From Candidatus Saccharimonadia bacterium (GTDB taxonomy: Bacteria; Patescibacteriota; Saccharimonadia; UBA4664): a stretch of DNA of 64,000 nt. The notes under the pieces were generated by a model that was not told where the DNA came from, did not search any database, and worked only from the letters and a program-made list of their open reading frames with translations. Position numbers and translations under genes: made by a program. The stretch lies in assembly GCA_036488585.1 (NCBI GenBank), contig DASXHH010000005.1, forward strand, positions 7,147-71,146, given 5' to 3'. Each line of letters opens with the position of its first letter. Position 1 is the first letter of the stretch. Positions 37,888 to 46,874 of the stretch are shown here, piece by piece.

Positions 37888-39075
37888 GTGGCCATCGGCC
37901 TCGCCCATGTCGACCCAGACCGCGCCGCTCGTGAATTGCTCAGCCTCATGCACGGTCAGTGGGACAACGGCATGATGCCTCATATGATCTATAGTTCCAA
38001 ATGGCCTTACCGGCTCGAATCCTGGCTCTGGGGTACGGGCGGCCTAGCGCCACACACCGCCAAGACCTCCGGCATCACCCAGCCGCCGATGCTAGCCATC
38101 GCCGTCGAACGCGTTGCCCGCGCGCTGCCACCCCGCGAGGCCACCATTTTTATCCAAACCATCTTGCCTGCCATTATCCGCTTCCACGAGTGGATTTATC
38201 GTGAGCGTGACCCCGAGAATTCGGGCCTCGCCGCTGTGCTTCACTCCTGGGAATGTGGCATGGACGACACCCCCTACTGGACCGAGGCCATGAAGCACTT
38301 GCCGCCTACACCTCTGCGCTGGCGTTGGCTGCGCGAATACCGCCCCGTCCGGCCAGATGAGCGCGCCACGCCCACAGACCTTCAGCACATGCTTGCCCTG
38401 GCCTATCTACTCAAGAACAATCATTTCGACAGCGCACGCGTGATGCGTCAGTCCAAGGTGGTGCTGTCCGATATCCTATTCAACAGCGTCCTGGCCGCCG
38501 CCAACGAATCACTCGAGCGTCTTGCCGAAACGATCGACCAACCGGTGCCCACAGAGCTCCGCGCCCGGTTCGCGCCCACCCGCCGCGCCCTCGAGCAACT
38601 CTGGGACCCCGAGCTCGGCCAATACTTCACCCGCAACTATCACACCGGCCGCCTACTGCGCACGCCCACCGTCGCTACCTTCCTGCCGCTCTTCGCCGGC
38701 ACCGCCGCGCCCTCCCGCGCCGAGCATTTGCGCAAGTTGCTCACCGAAAACCAAGGCTACAACAATGTGCCATTCCCGCTACCCTCCGTGCCCCGCGGCA
38801 GTCGCCACTTCGAGCCCAAACGTTATTGGCGCGGCCCCACCTGGATTAGCCTCAACTGGTTCGTTATCCTCGGTCTCGAGCGATACGGCTTTACTGAAGA
38901 GGCTGAATGGTTGCGACTCCATACCCTCGGCCTAGTCCAGCGCTCTGGTTTCCGCGAGTACTACAACCCGCTCACTGGCGATGGCCTCGGCGCCGCCGAA
39001 TTCTCCTGGAGCGCGGCCCTCACCCTCGATCTCCTCGCCGGCCGATCCGACCGCGAACTCGATTACGAACAATAA
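37888..39075 (+). CDS. GH63-like six-hairpin glycoside hydrolase (glucosyl/mannosyl-glycerate hydrolase-like)
   Basis: Family motifs including HQWFWDS lie in-frame upstream of the first canonical start (GTG 37888); see findings. Confidence 0.7.
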   Translation: MAIGLAHVDPDRAARELLSLMHGQWDNGMMPHMIYSSKWPYRLESWLWGTGGLAPHTAKTSGITQPPMLAIAVERVARALPPREATIFIQTILPAIIRFHEWIYRERDPENSGLAAVLHSWECGMDDTPYWTEAMKHLPPTPLRWRWLREYRPVRPDERATPTDLQHMLALAYLLKNNHFDSARVMRQSKVVLSDILFNSVLAAANESLERLAETIDQPVPTELRARFAPTRRALEQLWDPELGQYFTRNYHTGRLLRTPTVATFLPLFAGTAAPSRAEHLRKLLTENQGYNNVPFPLPSVPRGSRHFEPKRYWRGPTWISLNWFVILGLERYGFTEEAEWLRLHTLGLVQRSGFREYYNPLTGDGLGAAEFSWSAALTLDLLAGRSDRELDYEQ

Positions 39076-39155
39076 ATTATGCTCATGCTCGCTCTCATCC
39101 GGGCAGTAGTCCCCCGGCGGCTACTGGTTGCTCTTTGCCTTAGCCGGCCTTACCA

Positions 39156-39644
39156 TTGCATACGTTATCTATGAATTCCGCTATGAATTACGAAATTTCT
39201 ACTACTAACTCCGAGGCTACCCAGGCGCTCGCGACCAAGCTGGCGAAGCATCTGAAAGGCGGCGAAGTGATCGAGCTAGCGAGCGACCTCGGCGGTGGCA
39301 AGACCACCTTCGTACAAGGTTTAGCTCGTGGTCTTGGCTACCACGGCGACGTCACCAGTCCCACGTTCACGCTCAGCCAGATTTATAAACTGCCTTCGCT
39401 TGAGATCCACCACTACGACCTTTACCGGCTTGGTGAGACTGGAGTGGTCGGCGACGAGCTCACCGAAGACCTGCACGATCCCTTTGTTGTAACTGTCATC
39501 GAGTGGGGCGGGATTATGGAGGCTCACCTGCCCAAAGACCGCTTGCGCATCAGCTTCGAGGTTACCGGCGACAACGACCGCCGCCTCACCTTCACCGCCG
39601 GCGGTCCGGTCTCAGAGCATCTCCTAAAGGAGCTAAAATCATGA
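39156..39644 (+). CDS. tsaE: tRNA threonylcarbamoyladenosine biosynthesis protein TsaE
   Basis: P-loop GDLGGGKTTFVQGLARGLG typical of TsaE/YjeE. Confidence 0.85.
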   Translation: MHTLSMNSAMNYEISTTNSEATQALATKLAKHLKGGEVIELASDLGGGKTTFVQGLARGLGYHGDVTSPTFTLSQIYKLPSLEIHHYDLYRLGETGVVGDELTEDLHDPFVVTVIEWGGIMEAHLPKDRLRISFEVTGDNDRRLTFTAGGPVSEHLLKELKS

Positions 39645-40030
39645 TTCTCGCCATCAAAACCGCCGGACAAGACACCGAATTGTACTTGGCCACTGCCGAC
39701 GGGCAAATCAAACGCCAGTTGCAGTGGGAGAGTCGACGCGAACTGGCCGACAAGCTGCTCATCAAAATCAACAAGCTACTCGCCCAGGCCGACCTCAAGA
39801 CCACCGACCTCGAAGGCATCGCAGTGTTTAGCGGGCCGGGGTCGTTCACGTCCCTGCGCATCGGTCACACCGTAGCCAATGCCCTCGCCGATGGCCTCGG
39901 CGTAGCAGTGGTGGGCACAATGGGGGAGGACTGGCTCAAGCAGGGCGCCACCCAGGCTGCTGGCCAGCCATCCGGCCCAGCCCTCCCACATTACGGATCC
40001 GAAGCCCATATCACCAAGCCCAAATCTTGA
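39641..40030 (+). CDS. tsaB: tRNA t6A protein TsaB (short form)
   Basis: MILAIKTAGQDTELYL N-terminus typical of TsaB; ATGA overlap with tsaE; only 129 aa. Confidence 0.65.
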   Translation: MILAIKTAGQDTELYLATADGQIKRQLQWESRRELADKLLIKINKLLAQADLKTTDLEGIAVFSGPGSFTSLRIGHTVANALADGLGVAVVGTMGEDWLKQGATQAAGQPSGPALPHYGSEAHITKPKS

Positions 40031-40158
40031 CCGTCAGCGGTATCTCACGTTTAATAAGATTGTTCACTTTCTATTACATCTGACAACTGCCCCACGAGCT
40101 ATCTGTACAACTTGTATCCCCGTACCGCTCGCTCGGCCGGGCACTGAGGCCAATCTTC

Positions 40159-41673
40159 ATGCTACTTACCATTATTGGTGCCATCCTCGTCGGAGGAGCG
40201 GCAGGTTTCTCATATAACATTTACCAAACCAAGCGCCGGGCCAAGTCCGCCCAAGACCAGGCCGGCAAAATTCTCGACGAGGCCCGGGCCGAGGCCAAAA
40301 AAATCGCTGTCGATGCCAAATCCGATGCCCTCAAATTGGCCGAGGACGCTAAGCGCGACGAAAAAGAGCGTCGCAACGCCTTAAACCAGACCGAGCAGCA
40401 ACTCCTACAGCGCCAAGCTAACCTCGATCAAAAGCTCGAAGAGCTCGATAAGCGCTCCGAGAAACTGCGCAAATATGAGGCCGAACTCGACACCCTCAAA
40501 GAGGACCTGCGCGCTATTCGCACCAAGCAGCAGGAAAATCTCGAGAAAATCGCTCGCCTCAGCCGCGAGGAAGCCCGCGACAAACTGCTCAAAATGACCG
40601 AACGCGACATTAAGGGTGATCTTGTTAAGCTGATCGAAAAAATGCAGGCCGAGGCCAAAGAGGACGCCGAAAACCGCGCCCAGATGGTCATAGTCTCATC
40701 CATGGAGCGCATGGCCTCCGACCAAACCGCCGAGCGTACCATCACCACCGTTCCGCTACCCTCAGACGAGCTCAAGGGCCGCGTTATCGGCAAGGAGGGC
40801 CGCAACATCCAGTCCCTGGAGCGCGCCACCGGCGTCGACGTCATTATCGACGAGACCCCCGGTGCCATTGTGCTAAGCTCCTTTGATCCCATGCGCCGCC
40901 AAGTCGCCCGCGTTGCGCTCGAAAAGTTGTTATCAGATGGCCGCATCCACCCCGCTCGCATCGAGGAAGTTGTGACCAAGGCCAAGTCCGAGGTCGACCG
41001 CATGGTGAAGGAAGCGGGGGAGAAGGCCCTCAAGGAAACCGGCGTGGTCGGCGTGCCACCGGAGCTCGTTCGCCTGCTTGGCCAGCTCAAGTTCCGTACC
41101 TCCTACAGCCAAAACGTGCTCAAGCATTCGGTTGAAATGGCCAACCTGGCCGGTATGATCGCCGGTGATATCGGCGCCGACGTCCGTATCGCCAAAACTG
41201 CTACCCTGCTGCACGACATCGGTAAGGCCGTCACGCACGAAATCGAGGGGGGGCACCACCACATTGGCGCCGATCTGGCCCAAAAGTACGGCATGGAAGA
41301 GGCCATCGTACACGCTATCAAGGCGCACCACGACGATGTAGAAGCTACAACGCCAGAAGCCGTCGTGGTCCGCGTTTGCGATGCCCTATCCGCCGGCCGG
41401 CCCGGTGCTCGCGGGGACACCCTCGAAAACTACTCCAAACGCATGACTGAGCTCGAGAACCTCGCCAACTCCTTCCCGGGCGTCGAGAAATCCTACGCCA
41501 TTTCGGCCGGTCGTGAGATCCGCATTATCGTCGAGCCCGAGCGCATCGACGACCTCCAAGCCATCAAGATGGCCAGAGATATCTCTACCAAGGTTGAAGC
41601 CACCCTCAAGTACCCCGGCGTCATTAAGGTCAACGTCATCCGCGAAACCCGGGCCGTCGAATACGCCAAATAG
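40159..41673 (+). CDS. rny: Ribonuclease Y
   Basis: N-terminal TM, coiled-coil, KH domain (GKEGRNIQSLE) and HD domain (LLHDIGKA). Confidence 0.95.
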   Translation: MLLTIIGAILVGGAAGFSYNIYQTKRRAKSAQDQAGKILDEARAEAKKIAVDAKSDALKLAEDAKRDEKERRNALNQTEQQLLQRQANLDQKLEELDKRSEKLRKYEAELDTLKEDLRAIRTKQQENLEKIARLSREEARDKLLKMTERDIKGDLVKLIEKMQAEAKEDAENRAQMVIVSSMERMASDQTAERTITTVPLPSDELKGRVIGKEGRNIQSLERATGVDVIIDETPGAIVLSSFDPMRRQVARVALEKLLSDGRIHPARIEEVVTKAKSEVDRMVKEAGEKALKETGVVGVPPELVRLLGQLKFRTSYSQNVLKHSVEMANLAGMIAGDIGADVRIAKTATLLHDIGKAVTHEIEGGHHHIGADLAQKYGMEEAIVHAIKAHHDDVEATTPEAVVVRVCDALSAGRPGARGDTLENYSKRMTELENLANSFPGVEKSYAISAGREIRIIVEPERIDDLQAIKMARDISTKVEATLKYPGVIKVNVIRETRAVEYAK

Positions 41674-41727
41674 AGCTAGCGTCAATCACCATTGCTCCTG
41701 AAGCCAAAATCTGGCATAATATAGACA

Positions 41728-42525
41728 ATGAACATCCTCTACATCGGCGATATCATGGGCCGGCCGGGCCGCAACACCATCAAAAAAGTCCTTCCCGGAC
41801 TCAAGCAGGAACTCGGGATTGATTTTGTGGTGGCTCAGGGCGAAAACCTGTCCAACGGCCGAGGCATGCAGATTAAGGCCGTGGAGGAAATGGTAGAGGC
41901 CGGCATCGATTTCTTCACCGGCGGCGACTGGACACTCCACCGCGACGAGATCATCCCCTGGCTTGAGGATCCAGCCAAACCCGTTGTCCGCCCCGCTAAC
42001 TATCCTGAGGGCACTCCCGGCCGCGGCTACAAGCTTGTGGACACGCCACGGGGCCGCATTCTGGTTGCTAGCCTGCTTGGCCAAACCGTGGGCTACCGCG
42101 CTCCCGAAAACCTCCAGAACCCGCTCCGCACTATCGATCGCATCCTCGACGAAACCAAGCACGAACAGTTGGCGGCCCGCCTCGTCAACTTTCACGGCGA
42201 CTTCTCGAGCGAAAAGCTAGTGTTTGGTCAGTACCTCGCCGGTCGCGTCACCATGGCCGTCGGCGATCATTGGCATGTCCCCACGGCCGACGCGCGGGTG
42301 TTGCCCGGAGGCACTGCCCACATCACTGACGTGGGCATGGTCGGCAGCCGCGACTCATCGCTTGGCATCAAGACCGACGTCATCGTCGACCGCTGGTTGG
42401 GCGGCCACCACAGCCGCAACATTCTCGAATCTGAAGGTGAAATGCAATTTTGTTCATTACTTGTTAATGTCGATTCGTCGATTGCCCAAGCCAAAAGCGT
42501 CCAACAAGTGATAAAATTTGTGTAA
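41728..42525 (+). CDS. ymdB: YmdB-family metallophosphoesterase (2',3'-cAMP phosphodiesterase-like)
   Basis: MNILYIGDIMGRPGR...AQGENLSNGRG motifs of the TIGR00282 family; immediately after rny as in Firmicutes. Confidence 0.85.
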   Translation: MNILYIGDIMGRPGRNTIKKVLPGLKQELGIDFVVAQGENLSNGRGMQIKAVEEMVEAGIDFFTGGDWTLHRDEIIPWLEDPAKPVVRPANYPEGTPGRGYKLVDTPRGRILVASLLGQTVGYRAPENLQNPLRTIDRILDETKHEQLAARLVNFHGDFSSEKLVFGQYLAGRVTMAVGDHWHVPTADARVLPGGTAHITDVGMVGSRDSSLGIKTDVIVDRWLGGHHSRNILESEGEMQFCSLLVNVDSSIAQAKSVQQVIKFV

Positions 42526-42586
42526 AACAGGACTTTACCTATCTAAAGCCTACAGATATTGTAGGGATGTAATCTGGGAGTGACCG

Positions 42587-42859
42587 ATGACCAAGCAGCA
42601 GCTCATTGAGACGCTGGCCGCTGAAACCAACACCACCAAGCGCCAGGTCGAAAAGACGCTTTCAACATTTGTTAATATCGTGGAGCGCACGGTGGCCAAG
42701 GGGGAGAAGGTATCCATTACCGGTTTTGGAACTTTTGATCTGGGTAAGCGAGCAGCCCGCCGTGGAGTTAATCCTCAGACTGGCGAAGAGATCCATATTC
42801 CGGAGATGGCCATGCCCCGCTTCCGCGCCGGCAAGCGCCTCAAGGAAACCATCCGCTAA
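42587..42859 (+). CDS. hup: DNA-binding protein HU
   Basis: 90 aa; MTKQQLIETLA ... GFGTF ... RNPQTGE HU/IHF signature. Confidence 0.9.
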   Translation: MTKQQLIETLAAETNTTKRQVEKTLSTFVNIVERTVAKGEKVSITGFGTFDLGKRAARRGVNPQTGEEIHIPEMAMPRFRAGKRLKETIR

Positions 42860-42887
42860 TTTCGTTATTTATTTAACGTGAGCACAC

Positions 42888-42912
42888 AAGAGCCCCATTT
42901 GGGGCTTTTTTG
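42888..42912 (+). terminator. Rho-independent terminator after hup
   Basis: agcccc-attt-ggggct hairpin followed by tttttt. Confidence 0.8.
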
Positions 42913-43038
42913 TACCCATGCTAAAAGGGCGGCGAGTAATTCACTCGCTAGCCCCCCCAGCTCACATCGCCCGACCCCTCCGGCGGCGCAACCAGGGCTC
43001 CGTCATCGTGCGGGGCCCTTCAACAATCCAATAATTCC

Positions 43039-43115
43039 TGGTGCCCCCGGCAGGATTCGAACCTGCGACCGTTGGCTTAGAAGTCCACTGCTCTATCCAG
43101 CTGAGCTACAGGGGC
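43039..43115 (-). tRNA. tRNA-Arg (anticodon UCU), atypical anticodon stem
   Basis: Acceptor GCCCCTG/CGGGGGC with CCA, D-arm and T-arm (GGTTCGAATCC) are canonical; anticodon loop cuUCUaa; only 3 of 5 anticodon-stem pairs are Watson-Crick. Confidence 0.65.
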
Positions 43116-43211
43116 AAGTACCAGAATACATATTATCGCATCATAATTTGAATAATTCCAGGTTGGGGTGGGCCCCGGAGGCAGCATAACGCCGCCAACC
43201 GGGGCCCACAC

Positions 43212-44006
43212 TCAGGCCTCGTCCAGGGCTGAGAGCCGACGGGCCATCGCGAGAATTTGCCGCCGCCGCCGTGGTCGTGCCAGGGTGGTTTGTCCTATAC
43301 CAAAGCCCCTGGCGCCGGCCTGGTACAGACCAAACGCGTCTAGGCGCCCTCGGACGCCATCGGCGATGATCGGCGTCTTCACGCCGGCCGCTCGAGCTAG
43401 CGCTACCTTCTCCGCTGTGAACGGCAGCCGATGGCGTCCTGTCAAGCCGATCCGTGGGTCGCCAGTACTGGCAATCCACAGCGCGTTGCATTCCGGGTGC
43501 CTCCCTGTGAATTCCAGTACGGGCACCGGCATGGTGGCGGCGAATCGGGCTACCAACGGCAGGTGCAACTCCCCCAGCTCATCCAGGGTCTTGCCGACCT
43601 CTGCGCAGAGGGAGTCCTTTCCGCGGTCAGCATCGAGTTCGCCGAACTCCACCAGGAGGCCGGCTACACCCTGTAGCCAGGGCTGTTTTTTGCCGACCTT
43701 TTCCGTGAACTGCTGCGCCTCATCCAGGCGCAAGGGAGGCGAACCGGACATGGCCACGAAGGAGATCAGGAACGGTTTCGCCGGCATTTGCTGGGCTCGC
43801 CCCACCCACTGTGGCAGTATCTCATCGAGACCCGGGTTGATATTCGGCCACGGCACTGCCGTTACCGTCTCGCTTACGAACGTTACGTCCGTCCAGTCCA
43901 TGCCCAACTTTCGGGCTGCGTTGTGGTACCAGGTGCCCTCGCCAGAAAAGCCTAGGACTCCAGGCTCGCAGAGCACACTCTTGAAGTTCACCATGCGCAA
44001 AAGCAC
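43212..44006 (-). CDS. Hypothetical protein
   Basis: 264-aa ORF, high GC; no confident domain. Confidence 0.45.
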   Translation of the reverse strand: MLLRMVNFKSVLCEPGVLGFSGEGTWYHNAARKLGMDWTDVTFVSETVTAVPWPNINPGLDEILPQWVGRAQQMPAKPFLISFVAMSGSPPLRLDEAQQFTEKVGKKQPWLQGVAGLLVEFGELDADRGKDSLCAEVGKTLDELGELHLPLVARFAATMPVPVLEFTGRHPECNALWIASTGDPRIGLTGRHRLPFTAEKVALARAAGVKTPIIADGVRGRLDAFGLYQAGARGFGIGQTTLARPRRRRQILAMARRLSALDEA

Positions 44007-44055
44007 GGCGCATCACCTCACTCTCTGTGTGAAGGTTGTCGGCCCCCGTATCCTA

Positions 44056-44541
44056 TCAGATCTGGCTTGAGCTGGCCACGATCCGTTTTTCGATGCGGTT
44101 GGTATACACCATGGCCGTGGCGTTATCCCAGGCCTCGAGCCGGATAGGGTTGAAGAGCTGGTAGCGTTCCCAGCCCACATCGTCATTCGGGTCGCCCGGG
44201 TTTTGGACCTCGCCGTCGAACACCACTTCATCATCGAGCGTTATCCGGTACCGGTCTGGTACCGAGCAGCAACCACGCCAAAACTCGCGGTCGGCGATGA
44301 AGTTACGGAGGCGAAATTCCGCCACTAGCGTTTCGCCGTCTTCGGTCACCGTCATTGTGCCGGTCACCTCAACCTCCCACACGGCGGCGCCATCTGGATC
44401 GGCGTAGATAGTAATCGGTGCGTTAAGGTCTACGACATCAGCGTGCCGGAATGGCTGCAACTTCTCCACCAGCCACTCCATGCGCTCGCCACTCATTCCA
44501 AGCGTAGCCGCTGCCGCCTGCCAGGCCTCTTCTTCGGTCAT
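44056..44541 (-). CDS. Hypothetical protein
   Basis: 161-aa ORF; acidic, no recognisable domain. Confidence 0.45.
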   Translation of the reverse strand: MTEEEAWQAAAATLGMSGERMEWLVEKLQPFRHADVVDLNAPITIYADPDGAAVWEVEVTGTMTVTEDGETLVAEFRLRNFIADREFWRGCCSVPDRYRITLDDEVVFDGEVQNPGDPNDDVGWERYQLFNPIRLEAWDNATAMVYTNRIEKRIVASSSQI

Positions 44542-44660
44542 CGGGCCTCCCAGTGCTCTTAAACCGACGCCTCACAGTAAACTTGGCCAACCCCCTGTCC
44601 TGCATTGGCAAAACAACAAAAAACCGCCGCTTGGCGGTTGGTGTATAGGGAATAATTGCT

Positions 44661-44735
44661 TGGTGCGGGTGGGGGGAATCGAACCCCCATAACCTGCTTG
44701 GAAGGCAGGGACACTGGCCGTTGTGCTACACCCGC
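44661..44735 (-). tRNA. tRNA-Gly (anticodon UCC)
   Basis: Acceptor GCGGGTG/CACCCGC, anticodon arm cctgc-cuUCCaa-gcagg, T-arm GGGGGTTCGATTCCCCC, encoded CCA. Confidence 0.8.
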
Positions 44736-45418
44736 GCGGAATTGAGCTCTGCCAATATACCAGAATTTATGATTTCATCGAAGCTTTTTACCATCCGGTC
44801 CGCTCGCAAGCTTACCTCGGGCCGCTCCACATTTTCGGTGAACGCCCAGAATTCGTTAGCCACTTCTCGCTCTCGCACCTGCCAGTCGGAGTAACCATCG
44901 CCCACTATCACCACGCACCCCGGTAAATTTAGTGCCCGCACCGCTTCCACCTTGCCGCCGTCCCGAGCTAGCGGATTGGTCTTGTCGCAGCCGATCACTC
45001 GGCCGGTCTCGTCGCGCACGAACGTATTCGCCAGCACATGCCCGGGCTCAATGCCGAATCCACGCACTAATGGCACGATGCATTCTCGGAACCCGCCCGA
45101 AATTACGTAAATCTGGCCGGCATGCCCTCGCACCCAGTCCCGAGCCCGCGCCACCGATGGTGTCACCTCCTGGAGCAGCCTCTCGTTCAGCTCATTCAGG
45201 TGCTCCTGTCCGGCCGCAAACAGCTGCAGCCGTTGCTCCAGCGATTCGCCAAACCCAAGCTTGCCCTCCATGCCCAGTCGCGTCAGCTCCTCAATGCGGG
45301 CCATCCGCCCCTCACGGCCCTTCACGCCTGCAAGTGCTATCCTCGCCAGCTCATCCAGCGATTCCACCCGCACCAGCGTGCTATCAAAATCCAAAACCAG
45401 ATACGCTTTCGTGCTCAT
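44726..45418 (-). CDS. HAD-IB family hydrolase (phosphoserine phosphatase-like)
   Basis: Motif I LDFDSTL, ISGG motif and GDGYSD motif; stop codon overlaps the 5' end of tRNA-Gly by 10 nt. Confidence 0.65.
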   Translation of the reverse strand: MSTKAYLVLDFDSTLVRVESLDELARIALAGVKGREGRMARIEELTRLGMEGKLGFGESLEQRLQLFAAGQEHLNELNERLLQEVTPSVARARDWVRGHAGQIYVISGGFRECIVPLVRGFGIEPGHVLANTFVRDETGRVIGCDKTNPLARDGGKVEAVRALNLPGCVVIVGDGYSDWQVREREVANEFWAFTENVERPEVSLRADRMVKSFDEIINSGILAELNSARV

Positions 45419-46356
45419 GCACGAGAATTATACCCCAATCTTTCGGCATGAAGCCCCCGACCGGAGCCTGAGACTCCATGTCGGGGGCCTAATTCTGCGC
45501 CCTCGCTGCACCGGCGCTCGTAGTACGCCCACAGCAACTTCAAGAAGGCTCGGTGCTGCGCTTCCTTCACCGGCTCCGATCCCTGGTATTTGTGCTCGCC
45601 GAATTCCCGGTAATCCCAGGCCATCGCGGCCACTTCATCATCAGTGAGCTCCTTGAGTAGCTCTGGCATCTTTCCGGTCACCTCGCGCACGAAGCGGCCT
45701 CGCACATCCGGCCGCATGTAGCCGCCGCCTTGGGTGTTTTGCACGCCCGGACCCGCTGGCCTGCCTGTCCACTCGCTGGTGGGCCGGGTGAAGCCGTTGG
45801 TGAGATAGAAGTACCAGAGCAACCGCTCGAATGTTCTCGGCAGCCGGGCCTTGTCACCAGACCGCTCGATGAACGGTTCACGCGTAGCCGGCACCGTCAC
45901 TTCGTACAGAGCGCTCAGCATGTCGCGGGTGCGTTCGCCGAGCTCCAGGAGCGCGTCTATTGGGATTATGCGCAGGAACGCCCGCTCGCGCTCCCAGGCC
46001 ACGCCGTGATCGCTCATGCTTAGGCCCGACGCCCGTCCCGGCAGTCTTACCTCTACCACCGTGCCGGTGATGTCGGCGAATTCGCCGAGAATCTCCACCA
46101 GCAGGGCATCCATGAGTTGTCTAGGCGTCCGTCCATCGATCCGCACCCCAAGATCCTGAGTGCGAAGTTCGTGCGCCAGCCCCATCACTTCGTCGATGCT
46201 GGCGTCCTCTAGCACCTGCGCGATGGCTTGACGCAGCAAGCTCCGTACCGGCGCCACCGATCGGCCCCTCATGGCCGTGCCCACGCGCTCGCCGAATTCC
46301 TGCCAGGTGCGTTGCATCACCTGCTCTATCATTGAGTGCTGCTCGCTATCTGTCAT
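45415..46356 (-). CDS. Hypothetical protein
   Basis: 313-aa ORF; 4-nt overlap with the downstream HAD gene. Confidence 0.5.
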   Translation of the reverse strand: MTDSEQHSMIEQVMQRTWQEFGERVGTAMRGRSVAPVRSLLRQAIAQVLEDASIDEVMGLAHELRTQDLGVRIDGRTPRQLMDALLVEILGEFADITGTVVEVRLPGRASGLSMSDHGVAWERERAFLRIIPIDALLELGERTRDMLSALYEVTVPATREPFIERSGDKARLPRTFERLLWYFYLTNGFTRPTSEWTGRPAGPGVQNTQGGGYMRPDVRGRFVREVTGKMPELLKELTDDEVAAMAWDYREFGEHKYQGSEPVKEAQHRAFLKLLWAYYERRCSEGAELGPRHGVSGSGRGLHAERLGYNSRA

Positions 46357-46464
46357 TTCTCACCCCATGTCTCGAGAAAACCCTTGTTCTCTAGTCAAAA
46401 AACTAGCCCGCGTATTATAAACGCCGGCGTCATAAAAAATCATTTGGCAGAATGCATAAATCCT

Positions 46465-46542
46465 TGGTCGGGGTGAAAGGACTCGAACCTTCGACCTCCT
46501 GCTCCCAAAGCAGGCGCGCTAGCCAACTGCGCCACACCCCGA
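46465..46542 (-). tRNA. tRNA-Pro (anticodon UGG)
   Basis: Cloverleaf with anticodon loop uuUGGga (G37), T-arm GGTTCGAGTCC, encoded CCA. Confidence 0.9.
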
Positions 46543-46631
46543 TATAACTCAGACATTATACCTTAAAACGCTGGATTTTCCGCTGAAAGTAGGGTAAAGT
46601 ACTAGGGTCAAAATCCAAATAGTCCGAATAT

Positions 46632-46709
46632 GGCGGGTGTAGCTCAGTTGGTTAGAGCGCTAGATTGTGGCTCTGGAGGTCGTGGGTTCGAGACCCATCA
46701 CTCGCCCCA
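46632..46709 (+). tRNA. tRNA-His (anticodon GUG)
   Basis: Anticodon loop uuGUGgc; extra 5' G(-1) opposite discriminator C73, which is specific to tRNA-His; encoded CCA. Confidence 0.85.
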
Positions 46710-46874
46710 GGCAATTATTAAAATAATGGCTCCGTGAAGCCAATTATTTTATACATTCTGAGCCTACCCTAAGTCATCAAGAAATTGAGAACTCGGGGAG
46801 GGCCCTCCCCGCGCCAGGCACGGGGAGGAGGTAGGCGGGCTTCCGCCTACCCTTGTCCGATTGAACGAGACCGT

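Noticed and set aside
42549-42565. Imperfect palindrome cctacagatattgtagg upstream of hup as an operator
   Set aside because: It is short and imperfect, and may simply overlap the hup promoter -10 region. The evidence is insufficient to call it a binding site.
43160-43180. ggttggggtggg as an attR-like repeat of the tRNA-Pro 3' end
   Set aside because: Only about 10 of 12 nt match, in GC-rich sequence, which is easily produced by chance. It is mentioned only as a weak hint within the tRNA-block finding.
43212-44006. Prephenate dehydratase-like N-terminus (LGFSGEGTWYHNAA) in the 264-aa hypothetical
   Set aside because: The resemblance is limited to a short glycine-rich stretch. The rest of the protein does not align with PDT or ACT-domain motifs.
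44661-44735. Possible tmRNA 3' domain (gggggttcgattcccccc...cca)
   Set aside because: The element folds as a complete 75-nt tRNA cloverleaf with a UCC anticodon loop. There is no upstream tag-peptide reading frame or pseudoknot region.
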